Origin: Mobula hypostoma
Taxonomy: Eukaryota
DNA length: 64,000 nt
Assembly: GCF_963921235.1 (NCBI RefSeq)
Contig: NC_086097.1
Location: 183,150,001-183,214,000, forward strand
Direction: 5' to 3'
A program made the position numbers and the translations under genes. The notes beneath the pieces are model-generated. The model did not search any database, was not told the DNA's origin, and saw only the letters and a program-made list of their open reading frames with translations. Positions 1 to 13,137 of this stretch are shown here, piece by piece; positions within the stretch are counted from its first letter, which is position 1; every line of letters begins with the position of its first letter.

Positions 1-777
1 CAGACACAAAGCATATTCTGAACTGGGCAGCCACAAAGCACATCTTTGTAATGGATCATGCAATCCCTTCAAAATAACTTTTGAATTTCTAGTAAAATTG
101 AAGCAAATTACCATTACTGAATTCTTGTTCTACTTTTTCCAGGTGGAGATTTTTCCGGACGCTGAGTTATTCCTTATAATCTGGTTATTTAGGTTCTATC
201 CAGTGATTTATTGAACAAGTTTATTCTTTCAATACAAAAAGTGATTTCATTTGGAGAGATTATGTAACAGATCAATATCAGCCAAGTTTGTTTTTATTTA
301 AAACTCATCATGTGTGCTTCTAATAAACAGATTAATGTCCTTTGCCCAAGAATGTTTGTGTAATTTAAGAGAATTCAAATCATTAATACTGACATAAGAG
401 TTGTTCCTATTCTCTGGAACTCAGCCACCTTGTAATTCATGGAATCTGTGCTGGGATCTAGTTGTAAAGGGGCTTGGGAATCCTCAAAGATGAGTCTAGT
501 AAGGAAGCCAAATGCAATGTTAGCATTCATTTCAAAAGGGCTAGAATATAAAAGCAAGGATATAATGTTGAGGCTTTAAGGTATTGGTCAGGCCACACTT
601 GAAGTATCATGAGCAGTTTTGGGCCCTTCTCTTATTCCAGCACATAATTTCTTAGATAAGGTCCATTTCACTGAAATGAGAAGGTTAACATATGAGGAGT
701 GTTTAATTACTGGAGTTGAGAAGAATGTGGGTGGTGGTGGGGAGAGATCTCATTGAAACCTATTGAATATTGAAAGG

Positions 778-937
778 AAACAACAGGAATTCTGCAGATG
801 CTGGAAATTCAAGCAACACACATAAAAGTTGCTGGTGAACGCAGGAGGCCAGGCAGCATCTCTAGGAAGAGGTGCAGTCGACGTTTCAGGCCGTGACCCT
901 TCGTCAGGACTGTACCTCTTCCTAGAGATGCTGCCTG
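778..937 (-). mobile_element. 160-bp Penelope-like terminal fragment with hammerhead ribozyme and short inverted repeat, inserted in a CR1
   Basis: 13-bp TSD GAATATTGAAAGG at 765-777 and 938-950; near-identical to the pLTR at 45506-45650; inverted repeat 849-879 / 908-938. Confidence 0.8.
875..912 (-). ncRNA. Minimal type I hammerhead ribozyme, intact core
   Basis: Minus strand reads CAGTC-CTGACGA-AGGGTCACGGCCT-GAA-ACGT-C-GACTG: helix I CAGTC/GACTG, CUGANGA and GAAA boxes, palindromic ACGU helix III, GUC cleavage triplet. Confidence 0.75.
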
Positions 938-1304
938 GAATATTGAAAGGCATAGGCAGAGTGGAGTAGGAGAGTAGATTAGGAGAGTATGTTTCCTATT
1001 GTGGGGGAGTCAATGGCTAGGGGGCACAGCCTCAGAATAGAAGGATGTCTCTAGAACAGAGACGAAGAATTTCTTTAGCCTGAGGATGATGAATCTGTAG
1101 AATCCATTACTAAGTCCGGCTGTGTAGACCAAAGACTTTATTTAAAGCAGAGGTTGATAGATTCTTGATTAGTAAAGGCATTAAAGGTTACAGGGAGAAG
1201 GTAGGAGAATGGGGTTGAAGGGGATAATAAATCAGCTATTATATAATAGTGGAGCAGCCTCAATAAAGCCAAATAGCCTAATTGTGTCTATTTCTTATTC
1301 CTGT

Positions 1305-2215
1305 AAGACCACAAGACACAGGAGCAGAATTAGGCCATTCAGCCTATCGAGTCCACTCTGCCATTTCATCACGGCTGATCCTGGATCTGCCTTCTCACCA
1401 TATCCTTTGATGCCCCGACCGATCAGTAATCGATTAACTTTCGCTTTAACTACACCGCAGTCTATGGCAGAGCACTCCACAGATTCAATACTCTTTGGCT
1501 AAAAATAATTCCCCCTTGCTTCTGTTTTTAAAAGGTTACCCCTCAATTTTGAGTCTGCGCCCTCTAGTTCTGAATATCCCCACCAGAGGGAACATCTTCT
1601 CCACATCCACCTTATCTTGTCTTTTCAACATTTGGTAGGTTTCAATGAGTTCCCCATGCATTCTTCTAAATTCCAGTGAGTACAGGCCCAAAGCTGCCAG
1701 ACGCTCCTCATACATTAACCCCCTCACTCCTGGAAACAACCTCGTGAACCTCCTCTGGACTCTCCACTGACAACATATCCTTTCTGAAAGAATGGGCCCA
1801 AAACTGTTGACAATACTCCAAGTGCAGCCTGACTAGTGTCTTATAAAGCTTCAGCATTATCTTGTTCTTATATTCTATTCCCTTGAAATAAATGCCAACC
1901 TTGTATTTGCCTTCTTTACCGCAGACTCAACCTGTAAATTAACCTTCTGGGAGACTTGCATGAGGATTCCCAAGTCCCTTTGCACCTCTAATGTTTGAAT
2001 TTTCTCCCCATTTAGATAATAGTTCCTTTTACCAAAATGCATCATCATTCTTTTCCCAACACTGACACTTCCTTTGCCCATTCTTCCAATTTGTTTAAAT
2101 CCAGCTGTAATCACATTGCCTCCTCAGCACTATCTACCCTTCAAGCTATCTTTGTATCATCCACAAACTTTGCCACAAAGCTATCAATTCCACTATCTAA
2201 AATCATTGACAAACA
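1305..2215 (-). mobile_element. Decayed CR1 3' fragment
   Basis: ORFs 1536-1739, 1875-2114 and 2141-2347 encode CR1 RT C-terminal peptides. Confidence 0.8.
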
Positions 2216-3199
2216 ATGTGAAAATGGAATTTTAGAATCTGACCGCGAGAGTATCCACATCTCTATTGCCACCTCTTTCAAAACCGTGGTCTGCAGGTCT
2301 TCAGGTCCTGCAAACCATGGAAGCTCATTACTTTTAGATTTCACCAATTTTAAGTACGTGAACCAGCCAGGAATAGAGGGATACAGACCATATGAGGGCA
2401 GATGAAATTAGTTAGATTGGCATCATAGTCAGAGCAGACATGATGGCTTTGTTGTGGCTCTGCTGAAATTTTCTTAAATTTTAAATTTAAAATCATTGAC
2501 ACTACAGAAGTAGGGTCTTTGGCCCGTCTAGTCTGTTCAGTACCAGTTCTGTGGGCGAAAATGCCTTGTTAATGGGAGAGGTCAAAGGAGACTGGTTCAA
2601 ACTAACAATAATGCAAATAGCCACATGTTACAATAGTGATGTGCAGAATAACATCCTTAAATGCATAACATTGAACCTTGAAGTGGATGGATTACCGCTG
2701 CAGAAGACACCACTTTCCACTCCTCTACCTAAAAAAGCAGCCACTGAGTGTATATCCTGTCCCGTAGAGTACCTTCAAATAACTTAACCACTCCTGATGT
2801 CAGCCTCACCAGCCTATAAATTACTAACTTATTCCTAGAGCCTTTCTTCAACAACATTAGTTATCCTCCAATCCTCCATCATCTCACCCATGTTTAAGGA
2901 TGCCTTAAACATCTATGGTAAGGCCCATTGTAATTTCTGCACCAGCCTCAAGATAGCAAGCACCTCCCTTTTTGTGTCTTGCACACAGTCCATGGCTTCA
3001 CTACCATTTTGTCTGAGTTCTATAGACTTTGTCAATCTCCTGAGTAAACACAGACACATTCAAGATCTCCCCGTCTCTTTTGGCTCCATGCATAGATGAC
3101 CACTCTGATCTTCAAGTAGACCAGTTTTGTCCCTTGCTAGCCTTTTGATCTTAATATACAGTATCTGTGGAAGCCCTTAAGATTTTCCTTCAGCTCATC

Positions 3200-3720
3200 T
3201 ACAGAGCAACTTCAGACGGTTGAAGTAGTTCGGCATGAGTCCCCAAATCCCAAGGACTTTCTACGGGGGCAGAATTGAGAGCATTCTGACTGGCTGTATC
3301 ACTGCCTGGTATGGCAACTGTACTTCTCAGGACTCTGCAGAGAGTGGTACGGACAGCCCAGAGCATCTGTAGATATGAACTTCCCACTATTCAGGACATT
3401 TACAGCGACAAGTGCGTAAAAAGGGCCCAAAGGATCATTGGGGACCCAAGTCACCCAACCACAAACTGTTCCAGCTGCTACCATCTGGGAAATGGTACTG
3501 CAGCATTAAAGCCAGGACCAACAGGCTCCAGGACAGCTTCCCCCAGCAGGCCATCAGACTGATACAATTGTATTTCTATGCTATTCTATGCTGTTCTGTT
3601 TTACATCTTACTGTACATACTATTATAAATTAATGTAATTTGCACATTTAGATGGAGATGTTACACAAGAGATTTTTACTCATGTATGTGAAGGATGCAA
3701 GAATTAAAGTCAATTCAATG
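3200..3720 (+). mobile_element. Rex1/Babar LINE 3' fragment
   Basis: ESILTGCITAWYG, LQRVVRTAQ and LFQLLPSG motifs; TCAAT-repeat tail. Confidence 0.78.
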
Positions 3721-3989
3721 CCCTTCTGATTTCCCTCTGAAGTGTTCTCTTGCATTTCTCAAGCACCTTTGTGATACTATTGGCTCTAACATCTCAGGCA
3801 TATGTTGTACAACCAAATATTACCAAACAGCTTGGCACAGTGAGAAACTTAAAATAAAGTTATTTACGACAAGTTACTGCATTGTTTTATTGTAGAAATT
3901 GCCTTTTGTAGTTTGCTCTGACTTTGCCAATCTGAATTTTAAAATCGATTCCAACTTTTCAGGCTTAATTTCTACTGTTAAGTAAATGT

Positions 3990-5915
3990 AACCGAAGGTT
4001 TGTCAAATGCCTCACTAAATCCATATACACAATATCCAGTGCACTACCTTCAACATTTGTTTTATCACCTACTCAAAGAATCCAGTAAGACTCATGCCCC
4101 TCACAAAACCATGTTGACTATCCTCAAATAGCCTATCCTTCTAATGTTCATAAATCATGTTTCTAAGAATATTCTCCAACAGTTTACCCACTATTGATAC
4201 AAAATTGATGATTTATACTTCAAAGAATTATCCATATTACCTCTTTAGCAAAGAAATAACATCTGCTATCCTTTAATCATCTGGTACAACTCCTGTGACT
4301 AGTGACGATGCAAAGACCAGCACCAAAACCACAGCATTCTCTTCCCTCACTTCACATAATATAACCCATCCAGCCCCAGGGTCTTATCAATTTGAATGTT
4401 TTCAAAAGTTCCATCACATCCTGTTTCTGAATGTCAACATGTTCCAGCCTGATCTATGCTGTCCTCACATTCGTCACTGGTGAATATTGCAAACCACCTT
4501 CAACTCCAGGCACGTTTCCCCTTTTATCCCTGATCAATTCTATCCTCACTCTACTCATCCTCCAGTTCTTCATACAAATAGAATACCTTAATCGTTCTCA
4601 CCAGGGGCTTCTCATGTCTAAATCTACCTCTACAAAGTCCCTTAAGTTCTTCTTGGCTACTTTACAAGAGCCCTGTCAGATCCTTGCTTCCTAAACCTTA
4701 AGTAAGCCTCTTTCTTCCTCTTCACTAGATGTTCCACAACTAGGTCAACCATGTTTCCTTCACAGTACCATCCTTTTCTTGCCTGAATAGGACAAATGCA
4801 TCCAGAACCCCATGCAAGTGCTCCCTATTCAGTCTCCATATTTCCCTGAGTGCATCTGTTCCCAGTTTACACTTCCTAAGTTCCTGCCTAATAGCACAAT
4901 AATTTGCCCTTCCCCATACCTTCTCCTCCTGTCCGTGTCCAAGGCTACAGTAAAGGTCAGGGAGCTATAGTGACTGTCTCCACAACACTCACACACTTGA
5001 ATTCCACTCTATCTAAACAATTTGTACCAAGGAGGTGCCAAGCAATGTCAGGGAATGTGAAGTTACCCATGACAACAAACTTGTTATTTTTGTTCCTCTT
5101 TCTGAAATCTACTGCCCGATCTGCTCCTCAGTGTCCTTTTTGCTATGGGGGGGGGGGGGGTCTATAGAATAAACACAACATCGATTGATTGCTCCCTTCC
5201 TGTTTCTGACTTCCTGTCAGTGATTCAGTAGACGATACTTCCATGATGTCCTCCTATTCTGCAGATGTGATACTATCCCTGATTAGCAATGCCACTCCCC
5301 ACCTGTCTTACCTCCCTTCCTGACCCTCTTCAAACATCTAGACCCCAGAATATCCAGCAGCATGTCCTGCCCTTGAGATAGCCAAGTCTCAGTAATGGCC
5401 ATCTTATTACAGGTCCATGTAATGAGCCATGTTCATCACCCTTGCACCCAATGCTTCTTGCATTAAAATTGACACATTTCAATGCCTCCAACTGACTACA
5501 GTTATGCCCTATTCACTGTCTACCATTCGTCACAATCTCGCTACTTGTTGCATCTACCTTTACACAAACTGCCCCATCCTCTGACCTCTGCTCAAACAAT
5601 TCTTGCAAACCTGCCCACAAAGATATCATCAGCCTTGAGTTCAGGTGTAACCTGTCACTTTTGTACAGGATATACCTACCTTTCCCAGAAGAGATCCACA
5701 AATCTGAAACCCTGCCCTCCCCCACACCAATTCTTCACCCACATTCATCTGCCATATCATCCTATTCTTACCTCACTGGCATATGGCACAGACAGAATTC
5801 CAGAAATTACTATCCTTGAAATCCCGCTTTTCTGCTTCATGAATAGCTCCCTGTATTCTCTTTTGGGAATGCATCCTTTTTACTACCTATGCCATTGGAA
5901 CCTACATGTACCATA
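3990..5915 (-). mobile_element. Heavily decayed CR1 (ORF1 esterase to RT remnants)
   Basis: Patchy reverse-complement similarity to the young CR1 (esterase, EN and RT segments). Confidence 0.6.
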
Positions 5916-5924
5916 ACTTACAGT

Positions 5925-8900
5925 TATAGAGTCATAGAAAAGTACAGCACAGAAACATCTAGTCCAGGCCAAACAATTTAAACTATATCCCCCTCATAAT
6001 TCTAATACCTCTATCAAATCTCCTCTCAATCTTCTACATTCCAAGGAATAAAGTCCTAACCTATTCAATCTTTTCTTATAACTCAGGTCCTCCAGTCACA
6101 GCAACATCCTTGTAAATTTTCTCTGTACTCTTTGAACCCTGTTTACCTCTTTCCTGCAGGTAAGTGACCAAAGCTGCAAGTAATACACCAAATTGGGTCT
6201 TATACATCTTCAACATAACATTCTATCTCCTGTACTGAATACTTTGATTTATGAAGGCCAATACACCAAAAGCTTTCTTTATGACTATATCTACCTGTGA
6301 CATCACTTTCAATGAATTATGTACCTGTCTTCCCAGATCCTTTTGTTCTACATCAGTGCTGTACCATTCACGTGCAAGAGCTACCCTGGTTGGTCCTACT
6401 GAAGAGCAACACATTGCATTTATCTGCATTAAATTCCATCTGCCATTGTTCAGCCCATTTTTCTAGCTGGTCCAGATTCCACTGCAAGCTCTGATAGTGG
6501 GCTGGAAGGAAGACTACACCCCCATATTTGGAATCATCCATAAATTTGCTGAAACAGTTAACCACATTGTCATCCACATCAATGATCTGGATGATAAACA
6601 ACCCAGCATCCACCTGTACAGCACTCCACTAGTCACAGGCCTCCAATCAGAGAGGCAACCATCTACTACTTCTCTCTGCTCCTCTCACAAAGCCAATTTC
6701 TAATCCAATTTACTACCTCATCGTGAATGTTAAGTGACTTGACTTGCGAATTTACTACCTCATCCTGAATGCCAAGTGACTCAACATTCTTGACCAACTT
6801 CCCATGTAAGACCTTGCTGAAAACAACATCCACTGTCTTGCCTTCACCAACCTTCCTGGTAACTTCCAAGAAGAACTCTACAAGGCAAGACCATAAGGCC
6901 ATAAGATATATGAACAGAATTAAGCCATTTGGCCCATCCAGTCTGCCCCACTATGTCATCATGGCTGATCCATTTTCCTCTCAGCCCCAGTCTCCTCCCT
7001 TCTTCCCATATCCCTTCATGCCCTGACCAATCAAAAAGTTATCAAACTCTGCCTTAAATTTACATAGAGACTTGGTCTCCACGGCTGCCTATGCCAATAA
7101 ATTCAGCAGATTCACCATCCTCTAGTTAAAGAAATTCCTCATCTCTGTTCTTAAAAGGATGCCCCTCTATTCTGAGGCTGTGCCACCTGGTCTTAGATGC
7201 TCCCACCATAAGAAACATGCTCTCCACATCCACTCTGTCAAGGCCTTTCACCATTTGTAAGGTGAAATTAGGTGCCCCCTCATTCTTCTGAATTCTAATG
7301 AATACAGGTCCAGAGCCAAACACTTTTCATATGACAATCCGTACAATCCTAGAATCATTTTCATGAACGTCCTTTGAACACTGTTCAGTTTCAGCACATC
7401 CTTTCTAAGATAAGGGGTTCAAAACACCAGTGCTTTAATAGAGTCTCAACAATACATTCTTGTTTTTTTGTTCTAGTCCTCTTGAAATGATTGCTAACAT
7501 TGCATTTGCCTTCTTCACCATAGACTCAACCTACAAATTAACCTTTGGGGAATCCTGTACAAGGACTCCCAAGACCCCTTGCACCTCAGGTTTTTGTATT
7601 TTCTCTCCATTTAGAAAATAGTCTACCTCTTCATTCCTTTTACCGGTGCAAGACCATACACTTCCCGACATTGTATTTCACCTGCCATTTTGCCCATTCT
7701 TCTAATCTGTCTGTTCTTCTACAGCCTGTCTACTTCCTCAAGACTACCTGCCCCCCACTATCTTTGTATCATCTGCAAAATTTACAAAGCTACCAATTTG
7801 TCATCCAAATCATTGACATATAACGTAAAAAGAATGGCTAGACACGCCCTACCACATAGAAAGCCATGCTGACCATCCATCATCGGATTATGTCTATCTA
7901 AATACTCATATCCAGTCCCTTAGAAAACCTTCCAATAACTTTCCCACTACCTATGTCAGGCTCAATGGCCTATAATTTCCTGGTTTATTTTTAGAGCCTT
8001 TCTTAAACAGCAGAACAACATTGGCTATCCTCCAGTACCTCATCTGTTGCTAAGGCTGATTTAAATACCTCTGCTAGAGCCCCTGAGTTTTCTGCACTTG
8101 CCTCCGATAGGGTCCAAGGGAACACCTTTTCATGCCAAGGGGATTTATACACCCTAATGTGCCTCAGGACAGCAATCAAAGAGGAGCACGCTCCACCTCT
8201 AATCTGTATAGGGTTCACAACCTCACTGCTGCTTTGTCTCACTTCACTAGACTGTCTCTGTCTCCTGAGTTAATACAGATGCAAAAAAATCCATTTAAGA
8301 TCTCCTCCATCTCTTGACTCCATGCATGGATTGCCATTCTGATCATCCAGAGGACCAATTTTGTACCTTGCAACCCTTTTACTCTTAACATATCTGTAGA
8401 ATCCGAGAATTCTCCAACACCTTGTCTGCTAGGGCAACCTCCTGATTTCTTTCTTAAGTCTTCTCTTGCATTTCTTATACTCCATAAGCACCTCATTTGT
8501 TCCTACCTGCTATGCACCTCATTTTTTCCCCCTTAACCAGAGCCTCAATATCTCTTGAAAACCAAGATTCCCTATACCTGTTATCTTATACTTTTATCCT
8601 GACAGGCAGATACAAGTTTTCTGCTCTCAAAATTTTACTTTTGAAGGCCTCCCACTTACCAAGTACACCATTGCCAGAAAACAGCCTGTCCATATTGTCG
8701 CTTGCCCTTTTCTTTCTGATACCTTCAAAATTCACCTTTCTCCAACTTAGAATCTCAAAACACGCACCAGGCCTATCTTTTTCTACACTTACTTTGAATA
8801 TAATGGCATTATAATCAGTAGATGCAGTGTTCCCCTACACAAACTTCTGTCATCTGTCCTGTCTCATTTCCTTATAGCAGATCATATTGCGCAGTCTTTC

Positions 8901-11290
8901 ATTGAGACTTCTACATAATGATTAAGGAAACTTCGCTGAAAACATTTGACAAACTCTATCCCATCTAGTCCTTTGGGAAGCCCCAGTCAGTATGTAGAAA
9001 GTTAAAATCACCCACTATAACAACCATGTTTCTTGCAGCATTCTGCAATCTCTCTACAAATTTGTTCCTCTAAATACTGTGGTCTGTAATATAGTTCCAT
9101 TAATGAGGTCTACTACTACTATTACATCGGCTCAGGCCTAGGGGGCTGGCGTCGAGCATGTAAGGCATAAGGCATAAATGAGGTCATACCTTTTTTATTT
9201 CTCAGTTCCACCCATAAAGCATCACTAGATGAGTTCTCCAATCTGTCCTGACAGAGCACTGCTGTGACATTTTCCATGAGTAGTAATAACACCCCTCCCC
9301 CTTTTAATCCTTCCTGCTCTGTCTCATCTAAAACAACAGAATCCTGGAATATTGAGCTGCCAGTCCTGCCCCTCCTGCTACTAAGTCTCACTAATGGCTG
9401 CAATATCACAATTCCATGTGTTGATCTATGCCCTGAGCTCAGCTGACTTTCCTATGATATTTCTTGCATTGAAATATACAAGTCTCAGAACATTAGTCAC
9501 ACCATGCTCAACATTTTAATTGCTGACTTTGTCAGAGGTCTTAACAGCATCTGTCACCACAACCACTCCACCGTCTCTGGCCCACCCCCCTACAACTCCA
9601 GTTTAACACCCTCCTCACACCCACCCTCTGCCATGCAGGACCAGCAAACCTTCCCACCAGGATGTTAGCCCCCTCCAGTTCAGGAGCAAACTGGTTCTTC
9701 TGTACAGGTCCACATTCCTTCCCAAGAAGCAAACCCAATGATCCAAAAAAAATCTGAAGCCCTCCCTCCTACACCAACCCCTTAGCCATGTATGAGCTTC
9801 CGATTTGTGGCTTCATTAGCACATGGCACAGGAAGCAATCCTGAGATCTCAATCCTGGACGTCCTGTCCTTTAACTTCCCACCGAACTCCCTCAACCCAG
9901 TTTGCAGAACCTGGTCCTTTGTCCTGTTTATATTATTAGTACCTACATGAACCACAACCTCCGGCTGCTCACCCTCCTGCTTAAGAATGCTGAGGACTCA
10001 ATCTGAGATGTCCCTGACCCTGGCACCCGGGAGGCAACATATCATCTGGGAATCTTACTCTTGTCCCCAGAACCTCCCTTCTGTTCCCTTAACTAATTAA
10101 TCCCCATCACCACAGCTCACCTTTTCTCTTCCTTACTTTCTGAGTCAGTGTCAGAGACCCGACCGCTTTGCCATTCCCCCGCTAGGTCATTCCCCCCCAA
10201 CAGTGTCCAAAGTGGTATACCCGTTGTTGAGGGGGATGGCCACAGGTGTACACTGCACTGGTATTAATCCCTTCTTAACTGTCACTCAGTTTTCTGCGTC
10301 TTGCACCTTGGTCCAATCCATCACCCCCACAACCTCCTAAATGATTCGGAGATCACCCAGTTCCAGCTCCATAACGCGAATTGTTAGAAGCTGCAGCTGG
10401 ATGCACTTCTCGCAGTTCTTGTCGTCAGGGACACCGGAGGTCCCCTGCCTTCCCACATATCGCAAGAGGAGCATTCAACTATCCTGCCTGGCATCCTTAC
10501 TGTTATAACTGTTAAAATATAAAGTCCAGAGAAGAACCGCCAGGTTTGTGACCAATGATTACAGAAAGACCAGTAGTGTTACAGATAGGCTTCTCGACCT
10601 CAAAAGGGATACCCTCCAAAAACGCCGCACAATAGCCAGGCTTACTACAATTTACAAAGAAACTCATTCATTAACTCCATCCAATATTAGTCACCTTTTA
10701 CGCAACCAGAATAGCAACCCGACAAAACCAATCCCTGAACTACAAGACCATTCAGACCAACAAGGACTGCTACCGCTACTCACTGTACCCTAGGACCACT
10801 CCAGTTTGGAACTCACTGCCGCCACACACTAAATCTGCCGCTGATAGTAGAACTTTCAAACATCGCAATTAAAATTACAACTGCTTGCATGAGGGACTGC
10901 ACGTTTATAGCCAGCGGCAACGGTTGGTGCAGTACGGACAAGACAAAAGTTAAAATATAACGAAGGAAAAAAATAAACTGGGGGAAAAAACTTACCCACA
11001 GTTTTTTCGCCTTCTCTTGCACAACCTTGAAGCTCTGAAGCCTCGAATAACCACTGTCCACTCCAATAAAGGGTACACCGCTTATTTTAATCTGCTTTAT
11101 TTTGACTTGTTCGTGCTAATAGATCTCATTCACTGATTGGTCACTGCTCAAACACCAATCTGCCCCGGGTCGATGCCTTGTGTACTCAATCGGTGAAACT
11201 GAATGAACTACGTACGTCTTCTTATGCTTTTGATCGCTGATTGATCGCCGCCTAAAACACCAAACTACCGCGAATTGATGCCTTATGTAC
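5925..11290 (-). mobile_element. Near-full-length decayed CR1 with a nested CR1 (~6886-7830) and the 10523-10948 LINE
   Basis: Tail at ~5925, RT remnants (SKFMDDSK, QMEFNADKC), EN (GGGVLLL...LWVELRNKKG), ORF1 esterase remnants at ~9600-10450, 5' UTR to ~11290. Confidence 0.75.
10523..10948 (+). mobile_element. 3' fragment of a distinct CR1/L2-group LINE
   Basis: 12-bp TSD GTTAAAATATAA (10511-10522, 10949-10960); peptide VQRRTARFVTNDYRKTSSVT...LQKRRTIARLTTIYK, then WNSLP; GACAA-repeat tail. Confidence 0.75.
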
Positions 11291-11481
11291 TCTATCGGCG
11301 AACCTGCTCTTCTGGCTGCTCACCCTCCCTATTAAATATGCCATGGACTTGATCTGAGATGTCTCTTGTCCTGAAACCTGGGAGGCAATGTACCATCAGG
11401 GTCTCTTTCATGTCCATAGAATGTCCTGTTTGCTGCAATAAGCATACACCACTTCTCTGAGATCCATTCTCATTCATTCAT

Positions 11482-11843
11482 AAAGGGATTGGACAGGCTA
11501 GATGCGGGAAGATTGTTCCCGATGTTGGGGAGGTCCAGAACGAGGGGTCACAGTTTGAGGATAGAGGGGAAGCCTTTTAGGACCGAGATTAGGAAAAACT
11601 TCTTCACACAGAGAGTGGTGAATCTGTGGAATTCTCTGCCACAGCAAACTGTTGAGGCCAGTTCATTAGCTATGTTTAAAAGGAAGTTAGATATGGCCCT
11701 TGTGGCTACAGGGGTCAGGGGGTATGGAGGGAAGGCTGGGTTCTGAGTTGGATGATCAGCCATGATCATAATAAATGGCGGTGCAGGCTCGAAGGGCCGA
11801 ATGGCCTACTCCTGCACCTATTTTCTATGTTTCTATGTTTCTA
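11482..11843 (+). mobile_element. Young 5'-truncated CR1, same subfamily as 59716-63285
   Basis: Closely matches 62938-63285; (TTTCTATG)n tail. Confidence 0.88.
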
Positions 11844-12654
11844 TTCCTTTACCTAGGCCCTAACAAAGAGAGAAAGAGATACTTGACAGAAACCTCAACC
11901 TAGCCACCGCCTCGCTTGCCAAAGCCTTGAGCCAAAGTCTCAATTCCCCACTCTAACTCTCTCCCACACTAACCATGACTACCTCATTTAATTGTTGCTC
12001 CGCTAAAATCTGCCTTCTTTTTACTGACCCTTGCAGTTTCAAGCTCTGCAGAAAATCCCAACAGGCTCCATTTGCTTTTAAAATCAGGTGCTTACTCACC
12101 ACAAGCAACCTCTCCCACGATTTCAAACTCTGAAGAACGTCCTGAAAAACTGATTTGGTTAATTTTGAAGTTTGGTGATACAATGGCTCTAAATTCTCAG
12201 GCTCTCTCTCCTTCCTTCATTATGACACCAAAACTATTTGTACTTGGTGCAAATATTCCTGAGATTGGGTCTAACCTTATATTATCAAATAAATTGCAAT
12301 GTTTTGGACCTGCAAAAGTCAATATAAAAATTAAAAACAAACTCACCCATGATAAATGTTAACATATTCACAAAGCAATTTATATGGATCAGGGCATCGC
12401 ATTGATCCAAACCATTTTCATTTTGGTGCTTAATTTCTTAAAAACATAAACTTCCCTATTTATACTTCAGTTAGTACATAAATATCTCAATAACTGCTTG
12501 GGAAAATGGAGCAAATTATAATATAAATACATTGTTCAGTTATTGAATCAGCATTACCAGCAAGGCCTTTTTGGCCAAAATGATCAATAAAATGACTAAT
12601 TGTAAATATTTATAGTACATCTATCAGAAATGTAGGAATAGCAGGAAAATAAAG

Positions 12655-13137
12655 AAGGGTGGTGGAAACCATAGAAAGGGTGCAGAGGAGATTTACAAGG
12701 ATGTTGCCTGGATTGGGGAGCATGCCTTGTAGGTTGAGTGAACTCGGCCTTTTCTCCTTGGAGCGACGGAGGATGAGAGGTGACCTGATAGATGTGTACA
12801 AGATAATGAGAGGATCATGTGGATAGTCAGAGACTTTTTCCCAGGGTGAAATGGCTAGCACAAGAGGGCACAGTTTTAAGGTGCTTGGAAGTAGATACAG
12901 AGGAGATGCTGGGTTAGTTTTTTACGCAGAGAATGGTGAGTGCGTGGAATGGACCGCTGGCAGCGGTGGTGGAGGCGGAAATGATATGGTCTTTTAAGAG
13001 ACTCTTGGATGGATACATGGAGCTTAGAAAAATAGAGAGCTATGGGTAAGCCTAGGTAGTTCTAAGGTAAGGACATGTTTGGCACAGCTTTGTGGGCCGA
13101 AAGGCCTGTATTGTGCTGTAGGTTTTCTATGTTTCTA
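12655..13137 (+). mobile_element. 5'-truncated CR1, same subfamily as 39720-42303
   Basis: Matches ~41820-42303 including the tail. Confidence 0.85.

Larger units (their letters stand above)
480..1295 (+). mobile_element. Decayed CR1 3' fragment (interrupted by 778-937)
   Basis: AAATGCAATGTTAGCATTCATTTC...CTAGAATATAAAAGCAAGG CR1 RT C-terminal sequence and 3' UTR. Confidence 0.78.

Noticed and set aside
5148..5160. Poly-G run as a G-quadruplex or regulatory element
   Set aside because: Simple homopolymer inside a decayed CR1.
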